This document shows, piece by piece, positions 27,532-35,948 of a stretch of DNA of 64,000 bases. The translations under genes and the position numbers were made by a program. This DNA comes from Bacteroidota bacterium (lineage in GTDB: Bacteria; Bacteroidota; Bacteroidia; Cytophagales; Cyclobacteriaceae). Position 1 is the first letter of the stretch; every line of letters begins with the position of its first letter. Where the stretch lies: positions 1,040,741-1,104,740 of the forward strand of contig JBBCII010000003.1 of assembly GCA_037200765.1 (NCBI GenBank). Direction: 5' to 3'. The notes under the pieces were generated by a model. That model saw only the letters and a program-made list of their open reading frames with translations, had not been told where the DNA came from and ran no database searches.

Positions 27532-29084
27532 TAATGCGTGGCAACCATATCATCGATAAGCAAACTGTGGATCTATCTATTCAGCGCGTAGAAGATTTTC
27601 ATCCTGTGGCCGATAGATTGCAGGAGCTGCTGTATCACCAGGTGTATCCACAACTTTCGGATGAGATGGATCGGCTTTGTGACGATGAGAGCACCATAAC
27701 GATACAACGAGTGGAGATCGATCTTGGTGTGATCCGGTCGGTGGACGAAGCAAACATTGCGGATCTCATTGTCAGAGAGATCTCGAGAAAATTGCGATCG
27801 TCGATACAAATATTGGCAGGACGTTCGGTTGAGCACGGTGTAGCGATCGTGCAGTCGGACGTTTATTCCTGGCGTTTGTGGTGTAAGTATTTGAAAACCG
27901 GTGTGATGCCAAGTGGAGTGAGACCAGAGTTGAATCAGGAGGAATTGGAGAGGGTCTTATTGAAGGGAATTTCATCTTCGTATCGGGAAGAGATCATTAA
28001 CATCATTCGCGAAACATTAATCGATAAACACGCAGCGAAACGTTTGTCGATAGTATTCTCGCTGCAGTTCATCGAAGAGATCGCGATCGCAACATCCATA
28101 ATGATAGAGGATCATGTGGAGATCAAGCAAATGATCAGAGAGCTTGTTGCGTACACAAAGATCGATCATCTGGTTATTGAAAGAGTATTCTGGGAGTACT
28201 TATTGACAAACAGAGGAGATGATCCAACTATCTTCTTCGTAGGTTTCATCAATGCGTTGGTCTTGAAATATTCAAATAAAGATTGGCATGAGATCCTTAC
28301 TAAGTGGATGCAAGGTCGGTCCGAAAGCTCTCGCTCTATATCAAATCAGGGAAGTATAAATGCATTCTTAAAGTTATTGTTAAGTACAACAAGCTATTCT
28401 GATTTTCGGGAACTATCCAGGAAAGCATTCTCAGCTGTTGTCGATAAGATTTCTTCTTCGGCGTTTGAAGTCATTCAGAGCAAAGGAACGATCTCATTCA
28501 TGCCGCGCACTCAATCAAGTGATTCAGTTCGAAGTTCTACGAGTTCGCCACTATGGCGCGATCGCGACGCCGATTTAAAAGAACCTATTTATACAAAGCA
28601 TGCCGGCCTTGTCATAACCGCGTCATTTCTGCCTCATTTCTTCGAAGCAGTTGGGTTGATCAGGAATGATCGCTTCATCAACATTCATGCACAGGAAGAA
28701 GCCGTACGACTCGCTGGCTTTCTTGCAACTGGAGATGTAGGCATGAGTGATTGGGAATTGCTGGTGCCAAAGATCCTCTGCGGTTTGCCAATCGACCACC
28801 CAATTTCATCCGACGAAATATTAGACGATATGAAGCTGGACGAAGGCGTGACACTGTTGAGATCGATCATCAGTCATTGGAATGTGCTCGGCGATAGCAG
28901 TGTGGATGGGTTGCGACAAGGTTTCTTACAACGCGATGGAAAGCTAACTCAACAGGAAAATGGTGAATGGCTTTTGCAGGTGGAGAAGAGGACGATCGAT
29001 ATTTTGTTGGATCGCTTGCCGTGGGGTTTTGGTATGATCAGGCATTCATGGATGAGGGGAATGCTTACGACGGAATGGGTGTAA
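27528..29084 (+). CDS. Contractile injection system tape-measure protein (Afp14-like)
   Basis: HIIDKQTV N-terminus; C-terminal HAGLVI...FLPHFF...GLRQGFLQRDGKL...LQVEKRTIDILLDRLPWGFGMI..SWM. Confidence 0.9.
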   Translation: MIMRGNHIIDKQTVDLSIQRVEDFHPVADRLQELLYHQVYPQLSDEMDRLCDDESTITIQRVEIDLGVIRSVDEANIADLIVREISRKLRSSIQILAGRSVEHGVAIVQSDVYSWRLWCKYLKTGVMPSGVRPELNQEELERVLLKGISSSYREEIINIIRETLIDKHAAKRLSIVFSLQFIEEIAIATSIMIEDHVEIKQMIRELVAYTKIDHLVIERVFWEYLLTNRGDDPTIFFVGFINALVLKYSNKDWHEILTKWMQGRSESSRSISNQGSINAFLKLLLSTTSYSDFRELSRKAFSAVVDKISSSAFEVIQSKGTISFMPRTQSSDSVRSSTSSPLWRDRDADLKEPIYTKHAGLVITASFLPHFFEAVGLIRNDRFINIHAQEEAVRLAGFLATGDVGMSDWELLVPKILCGLPIDHPISSDEILDDMKLDEGVTLLRSIISHWNVLGDSSVDGLRQGFLQRDGKLTQQENGEWLLQVEKRTIDILLDRLPWGFGMIRHSWMRGMLTTEWV

Positions 29085-29130
29085 ATGTATTATAGAAAAA
29101 TTATTCTCTCAGATAATAAAATCCCTGTTT

Positions 29131-31419
29131 ATGAAAAACATACTTCTTTTTCGATCAGCAGTCGTGGTTCTGCTGCAGATAATGTTCATGTCCTTGGCTC
29201 AGGCACAGATCGTTTTTCCGACCTGGCCTTCGGGGACGCCGGCCTTCACTGACTTTTCTGAATCCGATGGGCTTGGAGGCACTAAAACCGGAAAGGAGAT
29301 AACGATCTTTAAAGGAACAGTATCTGTTACGTTTGATTTTAATTTCAGTGGTGGTTCAGGTACCGAAAGCTGGGTTGTTAATACACCAAGTTGTACCTCT
29401 GGGATGTGTCCAACACTTTCGCCGATCAGTTCTACAGGCGTTCTGACATTTACACCATTAAATGTCAGCACGTTGGAGTTTGGGCTTGAAGGCAATGTTG
29501 GTTCATCATCACAAACAATTCTGGTAAGAATCAAAATAGTCGACGGGCCGAACGCACCTCGCCAACCTATCGATCTCGTACTGGTTCTCGATCAATCGGG
29601 AAGTATGAGTTCTTATACCATTTCCCCAACAACCCGGTGGGACGCTCTCAAAACTGCTGTACTTTCTTTTATGACGAAGTTTGAAAACTTCGCTGTGATC
29701 GGTGATCGTGTTGCTATCACTTACTTCGACACACCAGTTGTGAACGGACTGGGCACTGCAATAGCGCCATTTACTCCTATCGTCCCTGGTGTAAAGGCCA
29801 CGGTGGCCACCAGCCTTAGTGGTCATGGTCCGGCAGATCTTACTGCGATGGGTGAGGGCCTTCTTGATGCAAAGGCTAAGCATGCCCTGTTAACAACTTC
29901 AACCAACCGGAAAGTAGTTTTGCTATTTACCGATGGCTATCAGAATGAGGGAAGACTCGTTACCCCCGGAGGCACTACAGTTGACGATGGTACTTCAATC
30001 AACAACAGTTCCGGCAGCATTAAAATTTATACTGTCGGTATCGGCGCCGCTGGATCATTGCCGGCTATACTCGCGTCTATCGCAAACAATAATCACGGCA
30101 CATTAAATTCTCCTGCCACAATATCATCCGGTAACGCATCATGGTCTACCCTAACTGGCAACGACGCAGTATTTGTTACCGACTTTGACAATGCTTTCAA
30201 ACAAATGCTCGAAGGATCAAGTCCGCAGATTGTTGGTATGACCGAAGGAACTATTCAATTTCCGTCGAACACGATTGATAGCGCAACGTTCGTAGTGAAC
30301 AAAGATGTCGACAAGCTCTTGTTCGAATTGTATGCGTCGCCAGCCGCGCAAGTGCGGATCTATAAAAATGGCATCGCGGTGACGCCGACACGCACCGATT
30401 CCGGACCTGGATACAGAACTTTCATTTTTGATTTCCCTCGAAGTGGTGTTGCTGCACAACCCGACGGAACATGGACCGTGATTACATCATTGCCCGGCAG
30501 CGGTGGAACAGCAACGCATGGAAATGTTGTGCGCTTCCAGTATTCCCTTATAGCAATGGTCGATGATCATCGGTTCGACTACACTTGTTCGCAAGGAGCT
30601 ACTTCATTCAAGTCGGGCGATGATTTGAAACCTACTGTCAACATTCACTATAACGGCACTGAAGTTACAAACGCAACTGTGCAAGCAGTTCTGTTAAAGC
30701 CGGGGCAGGATCTCGGAAACCTGTTGGCGACAACAAAAGTTACTCTCGGAACTCCACCAGCCACTGACCCCGGGTCCGCAGGCAATCAAAAGTATGATCA
30801 GCTTCTTAGCGACCCAGCTTTTCTCGCGAAGATGCTTCCGATCAATCAATCAATGACCCTTACTCATACTTCCGGTGGTGTGTATACTGCAACTCCGTTA
30901 AAGCTCGATACCACCGGTGTTCATAGAATAATTTATTTCATCAACGAAACACTCCCGGGTGGCGACATCATTCAGCGTCGCGAGGAGCAAACATTCTACG
31001 TTCAATTCAAAGACATAGACTTGCCCGCTTCCAATCCAATATTATCAGGCAGTGGAACATCATGGACTCTTACACTTCGTCCAGTGACTTTGCTTCATAA
31101 GTTTGTTGGTCCTGCATTTCAGCAAACATTTACGGTGACCAGTCCAGGTCTTGTGCTGAATGATTTGGTTGATGTTGGCGATGGAACTTATAAACTGAAT
31201 ATGACCGGCAGTCCCGATGACAACGTGAAGATCGCACTGCTCGACGTTCCCGTCTACACCGGGACATTGAGTGAGATCCAATGCTACGATCCTAACGCAA
31301 GCTTCTGGACAAAACTCGAATGCTGGTTGCTCAGCCTGGGAATTCCTCTCTGGTTGGCATCGCTTATCGTCGTTATCATCATATTGATCCTCGTGTGGTT
31401 ACTGAGAAGAAGAAGGTAG
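29131..31419 (+). CDS. Sec-exported vWA (MIDAS) protein with C-terminal TM anchor
   Basis: Signal peptide ending LAQA; DLVLVLDQSGSM, TAMGEGL, VVLLFTDG; C-terminus WLLSLGIPLWLASLIVVIIILILVWLLRRRR. Confidence 0.88.
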   Translation: MKNILLFRSAVVVLLQIMFMSLAQAQIVFPTWPSGTPAFTDFSESDGLGGTKTGKEITIFKGTVSVTFDFNFSGGSGTESWVVNTPSCTSGMCPTLSPISSTGVLTFTPLNVSTLEFGLEGNVGSSSQTILVRIKIVDGPNAPRQPIDLVLVLDQSGSMSSYTISPTTRWDALKTAVLSFMTKFENFAVIGDRVAITYFDTPVVNGLGTAIAPFTPIVPGVKATVATSLSGHGPADLTAMGEGLLDAKAKHALLTTSTNRKVVLLFTDGYQNEGRLVTPGGTTVDDGTSINNSSGSIKIYTVGIGAAGSLPAILASIANNNHGTLNSPATISSGNASWSTLTGNDAVFVTDFDNAFKQMLEGSSPQIVGMTEGTIQFPSNTIDSATFVVNKDVDKLLFELYASPAAQVRIYKNGIAVTPTRTDSGPGYRTFIFDFPRSGVAAQPDGTWTVITSLPGSGGTATHGNVVRFQYSLIAMVDDHRFDYTCSQGATSFKSGDDLKPTVNIHYNGTEVTNATVQAVLLKPGQDLGNLLATTKVTLGTPPATDPGSAGNQKYDQLLSDPAFLAKMLPINQSMTLTHTSGGVYTATPLKLDTTGVHRIIYFINETLPGGDIIQRREEQTFYVQFKDIDLPASNPILSGSGTSWTLTLRPVTLLHKFVGPAFQQTFTVTSPGLVLNDLVDVGDGTYKLNMTGSPDDNVKIALLDVPVYTGTLSEIQCYDPNASFWTKLECWLLSLGIPLWLASLIVVIIILILVWLLRRRR

Positions 31420-31435
31420 AAGCTTTCTGTAATCG

Positions 31436-34400
31436 ATGAAATCTTCCGAACATAAGGCATCTCCCAGTGCTTCAAAGGCGCAAGCCAACAAAAGCACGTT
31501 CTTCACAAAGAAGAAGGGAGAGGCTTTTGCCCGTGAGAATGATTCATTGATCCAACCCAAACTCTATGTTCATCCCTCTGCCGATTCGTTTGAACGGGAA
31601 GCTGACGCGATGGCAGAGCACGTCATGCAATCTCAACACTCGAATGAGGTCAACAAGCATTCAACAGTTAGCGACAACATAGGCCGGGTTCAAACGAAAC
31701 GACCATTCGATAGCCCAACCATTCTCGAAACAAACAGTGCTCACGATGATCCTGCGTTGCAACGAAAGGAGGCCGAAGGTCATAACAACGGATCGGAAGC
31801 ACCAGGAGGAGTCGAGTCAAAGCTGAACTCTTCGAAGGGTCATGGTTCTGCGTTGCCTGAAGAGACCCAATCGAAAATGGAATCGGGCTTCGGTAAAAAT
31901 TTCAGTCATGTAACTGTGCATAATGATCACCATGCTGCCGAGATGAATGAAGAGCTCGGCGCGCGGGCATTCACTTATGGTAACGACATCTATTTTAATA
32001 AAGGAGAATATAAGCCAAACACTTCGAATGGCGACCGGTTGATCGCTCATGAATTGACACACACCGTTCAGCAGGGCGGTGGCGTTCAAAAGAAATCGAT
32101 TCAAAAAGAGCCGAAGCAGAAAGATATCATTAAAGCATCGCCCGATGAGTTGTCGGAGGTGACTAAACCGGCTGCTGGCTATCTCGAGAAAAACAAGGGC
32201 GACAAAGTTCCAACAATCCATATCAAGCAGGCAAAGGCAAAGAAGTATTTATCGAAAGGCGATGTGTCGTGGCTTCCGGACCAGGTGTCGTTGCCAAAAG
32301 GAAAACGACATACGAAGCAGGCTGGTCTTTGGAAGGGCGACATTCGCGAAGAGGTTAAGAAGCAAATGGTGAAGCTCGCGGGCAACCCGACGGATTCGCA
32401 AAAACTATTTCAGCTGTCGCTCAAAGGAAAAAAGAAAGGCAAAGGTGCCAGGAAAGGAGAACCGGAAGGTGGAATGGTTGGAACCGTCGATCAACTTGCC
32501 GAAGAGGTGCTTGTTCCCTCCTGGAATGTTGGCGGAGGGACGGCGCTCTTCGATATCGAGCACATGGTCGACTGGCAGATCTGCGGGCCTTTAGCCGATC
32601 AGATCAAGAACCTGATCCTCCTGGACCGAAGGTATAACAGGCAGTTGGGCAACCAGGTACGCGACAACCTTCACACCGCCGTCAAAGCGATCTTCGAACC
32701 CTATCGAAAAAAATTCAAGATCAGTGACGACATCGGTTCGGTGTTGGATGCGCTACCCGCAATACTTTACAAGGCTGGGCTTACCTATACTAACGAGGAT
32801 CTTTCGCCGGATCAATGGTATTCAAATGTTGAATTAAAAACGACAGCCGATAGCGGCAATCCCTTCAAGGAAAAACTTATTACAGTCGACGATCCCGACA
32901 TTCCCGACGGTCATTTTCTTTTAATTACTTCTGACAAACGACCCGGCTATATCCTTCCGTTCGATCTCCCAAAGATGAAGATCGGCGCATTCAACATCGT
33001 CAGCGTTAAGCATAAGAACAATAAGCTTGAGTCGATCAAGGTAGAACCCATTCTCGAAGATGCCAGGAACACCCTAAGTAATTCGAAGAAGCAAACCCCG
33101 ATCGATTTACCATTCGACGACAAGGGCAAGAATACTTATAAGATAAAGAACGGCGACCTTAATCGCGCCTTTGCTGCCAATCTCAAGAGCTTCATCGGTG
33201 GGGTGAATGGCATGAGCCCGATTGAGTTCGCCGAACCCGAGATCGATGGACTGAACGTTAAGATCACAGGAAAGGTCATACCTACCATCAGCATCTTTAA
33301 AGATGTAGATATCACTTTCGGCTACGAAGACGGAATGTTTTTTATCCGGGCCGAGGTACCGTTAACGAAGCTCGCATCTTCTATTCCGAAGCCGTTCAAA
33401 GTAGATGCATGCAGTATTGTTATTGAGGCGAATTCTATCGATGGGCTTCTTATCGCTGGCTTCGCTGCATTCAGTATCGGCTCATTTGGCGAGGGAGAGA
33501 TCTTCGCGAAGAAAGGAAAGAATGTGGAGTTTGGCGGACGCTTCAACTTTAACAACAAATGGTTCGATCCGGCAGAGATCAACTTCGATTATAAAAATGG
33601 AAAGTGGGGTATAGGAGGAAAGATCGGCATTGGTGAAGGGAAGATCAAAGGTATCAGGCAAGCAACTCTTGCGGTAAAATATGCTAACGACACTTTCACA
33701 GCCGATGGCGATGCAACGCTCGATGTTCCGGGAATAAAGTCGGTAAAATTATCGGCGAGTTATGCCGAGGGTCAGGGCTTCAGGTTTATAGCCACCGCTG
33801 ACCTGAAGAAGATGCCTGGCATCAAGAGCGGTTCGGTAACCGTCAGTATTCTCTCGAAGAACGATGGGGACATAAAGCTCGGTGCGGCAGGTACAGCAGA
33901 GCCCGATTTTCCTAAAGTTCCAGGACTTACGGGCACCAGTCTCACCGTAAGCTACGACGATGGGGTATTCGAGATGCGGACGAAAGTCGGCTATAAGAAA
34001 GGCCGCTTTGATGGAACCGTCGAAGTTGGTGTTACCAATAAGAACGTCGATGAAAAAGGTCAACCAACTGGTGAAGCACAGAAGGGTGATAATGTAGTTG
34101 TCTTTGGCTATGGAAGTCTTACGGTCGATCTCTTCAAGGGAAGTAAAGGAACGATAAGTGTCCGCCTCACTCCGGACAAAAAATTACTGGCGGCTGGTAG
34201 CTTTACCATTCAAAATCTTAAACCATTCGGCCCCGGTGTCGACATCTTTAAAAAGATCGTCGAGTTTCCTTCTATTAAGATTCCGCTTGTTGGCGTTCCG
34301 GGTGTAAGCATCTTCTTTGAGATTTCGGGTGGAGCCTATTTCAAATTTGTATGGGATCCACTGGTGCTGAAAGAACTCACCATTGCGTTCACGGAAACCG

Positions 34401-35302
34401 ATATCAATGAGATTGAAACTGCCCAGGTAACGATCCATGGATCGATAGGATCGAAAGCAACTGCCGAAGCATATATGGAGGTGAAAGCGTCGCTTGGCGC
34501 TCAAGTATTGATTGCGGAAATCAAGGGATCGCTCGCAGGCCAGGCTGGTATTGGTGTTGAAGCGGAAGCAGGAGGTGAAGTGGACGCCACATGGAACAAC
34601 GACAAAGGTCTGCAGTTGAAACAGATCACAGCTTATGTAGCCGTTAACCCGAAGGCGATCTTCCGCCTCAAAGGCAGCGTTAGTGTAGATCTCGATCTGT
34701 GGATCACGACCGTCAATCTTTATTACAAAGAGTGGACGCTTGCAGAAGGCGCAGCCGACCTGAGTGGCCTTGCATTGAAAGTAAATTTCCCACTCAAGTT
34801 TGACGACAACGGTGACCTTATACGGCCCGGGTTCGATCAGCTCAGTATAGAGAAGCCAGACTTCTCAGGGGAGCAGGGTAAAGCAGCGTTGGACGGAGGA
34901 ATCAACGCAGATGCGAAAAAAGAACGCAAGCTGGCAAAGGACAAACTCCGTCAGGACATCGCGCGCGACATTCAGGACTCAACGAATGATGAAGATTTCT
35001 CGCCTTCGGAATACGCGAAGAAACTGCAAAAAAAATATAAAGACGATGAAGAGATGAAAACCTTCATTATGGATTCGGTAGAAGAAGAAGTAAAGACCAA
35101 AGAGTATCAGCAGTTCGAAGTATTCAAAGAAGAGATGAGAAAATCGCCACTTACGTTGAGTCGGAAAATGTCGAAGGCGATGCTGTTCAAGCTGTGGCGT
35201 GGACGCATCAGTCCAGGCGACTACTACGCCTTCATCGAAGAGCTCCAGGCAAACGAACAACAAAAACAAAACGCTGCAACTGCGGCACCAGCAACAGTAT
35301 AA
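31436..35302 (+). CDS. DUF4157 (eCIS core domain) cargo/effector with HNH-like motif and beta-rich C-terminal half
   Basis: IQPKLYV..SADSFEREADAMAE, ARAFTYGNDIYF..GEY, LIAHELTHTVQQ; DIEHMVDWQICG...NLILLDRRYNRQLG. Confidence 0.88.
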   Translation: MKSSEHKASPSASKAQANKSTFFTKKKGEAFARENDSLIQPKLYVHPSADSFEREADAMAEHVMQSQHSNEVNKHSTVSDNIGRVQTKRPFDSPTILETNSAHDDPALQRKEAEGHNNGSEAPGGVESKLNSSKGHGSALPEETQSKMESGFGKNFSHVTVHNDHHAAEMNEELGARAFTYGNDIYFNKGEYKPNTSNGDRLIAHELTHTVQQGGGVQKKSIQKEPKQKDIIKASPDELSEVTKPAAGYLEKNKGDKVPTIHIKQAKAKKYLSKGDVSWLPDQVSLPKGKRHTKQAGLWKGDIREEVKKQMVKLAGNPTDSQKLFQLSLKGKKKGKGARKGEPEGGMVGTVDQLAEEVLVPSWNVGGGTALFDIEHMVDWQICGPLADQIKNLILLDRRYNRQLGNQVRDNLHTAVKAIFEPYRKKFKISDDIGSVLDALPAILYKAGLTYTNEDLSPDQWYSNVELKTTADSGNPFKEKLITVDDPDIPDGHFLLITSDKRPGYILPFDLPKMKIGAFNIVSVKHKNNKLESIKVEPILEDARNTLSNSKKQTPIDLPFDDKGKNTYKIKNGDLNRAFAANLKSFIGGVNGMSPIEFAEPEIDGLNVKITGKVIPTISIFKDVDITFGYEDGMFFIRAEVPLTKLASSIPKPFKVDACSIVIEANSIDGLLIAGFAAFSIGSFGEGEIFAKKGKNVEFGGRFNFNNKWFDPAEINFDYKNGKWGIGGKIGIGEGKIKGIRQATLAVKYANDTFTADGDATLDVPGIKSVKLSASYAEGQGFRFIATADLKKMPGIKSGSVTVSILSKNDGDIKLGAAGTAEPDFPKVPGLTGTSLTVSYDDGVFEMRTKVGYKKGRFDGTVEVGVTNKNVDEKGQPTGEAQKGDNVVVFGYGSLTVDLFKGSKGTISVRLTPDKKLLAAGSFTIQNLKPFGPGVDIFKKIVEFPSIKIPLVGVPGVSIFFEISGGAYFKFVWDPLVLKELTIAFTETDINEIETAQVTIHGSIGSKATAEAYMEVKASLGAQVLIAEIKGSLAGQAGIGVEAEAGGEVDATWNNDKGLQLKQITAYVAVNPKAIFRLKGSVSVDLDLWITTVNLYYKEWTLAEGAADLSGLALKVNFPLKFDDNGDLIRPGFDQLSIEKPDFSGEQGKAALDGGINADAKKERKLAKDKLRQDIARDIQDSTNDEDFSPSEYAKKLQKKYKDDEEMKTFIMDSVEEEVKTKEYQQFEVFKEEMRKSPLTLSRKMSKAMLFKLWRGRISPGDYYAFIEELQANEQQKQNAATAAPATV

Positions 35303-35313
35303 CGACAAACATC

Positions 35314-35934
35314 ATGAGACAGAGAAGAGTACGTTCAAGGCACAAACCGTCGTTGGAAAGTCAACGGCCTTTCTTTGAAAAGAAGAGTGCAGAAGGCGAA
35401 AGCTTTTTCACTAAGACAAATGCAGTTCATCGGAAGGCTGACATCGGACACTCGAGTGATCCGTTGGAAGCCGATGCAGATAATGCAGCACAAAAGGTAA
35501 CTTCTCAGCAACAAGTTCAGAAGGCAGAGAAGAAAGAGGAAGAGAAGCCAGTGCAAAAGGCTGCGAAGCAGGAAGAAGAAAAACCTGTTCAGCGTAAAAT
35601 CGATCCCCGTCTCCAAACAGCGAAGGAAACAAGCAACGATGATGGCGGTCATGCGCCGACTTTTGAAACTTTACTTGCGGAACGCAAGGGCAGAGGATTT
35701 CCATTGCCGGATGACATTCGCATCGAGATGGAAAGAAAATTTGGAAGCAATTTTAGAAAGGTCAGGATCCACAATGATCCCGAAGCTTCTGCGATGTGTG
35801 AAACTATTAATGCATACGCGTTTGCCCACGGTTATGATATCTATTTTCAAAACGGATTTTACGATCCTTCATCGAGCGATGGTAAGGAACTGTTGGCGCA
35901 CGAGCTCGCGCACATTGTTCAGCAAAATGGTTAG
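35314..35934 (+). CDS. Stand-alone DUF4157 protein with no C-terminal payload
   Basis: DPLEADADNAAQKV, VQK-E-rich repeats, AYAFAHGYDIYF..GFY, LLAHELAHIVQQNG then stop. The likely start is ATG 35314; the track start 35194 overlaps the previous gene. Confidence 0.85.
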   Translation: MRQRRVRSRHKPSLESQRPFFEKKSAEGESFFTKTNAVHRKADIGHSSDPLEADADNAAQKVTSQQQVQKAEKKEEEKPVQKAAKQEEEKPVQRKIDPRLQTAKETSNDDGGHAPTFETLLAERKGRGFPLPDDIRIEMERKFGSNFRKVRIHNDPEASAMCETINAYAFAHGYDIYFQNGFYDPSSSDGKELLAHELAHIVQQNG

Positions 35935-35948
35935 TTAAAGATCCAACG

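Noticed and set aside
32040-32070. HELTH (HExxH) as a separate metalloprotease toxin
   Set aside because: It is the conserved core motif of DUF4157 itself and is also present in the payload-free copy.
35194-35313. N-terminal 40 aa of the track ORF 35194-35934
   Set aside because: Overlaps the cargo gene's 3' end out of frame; ATG 35314 follows the stop by 11 nt with an A-rich leader.
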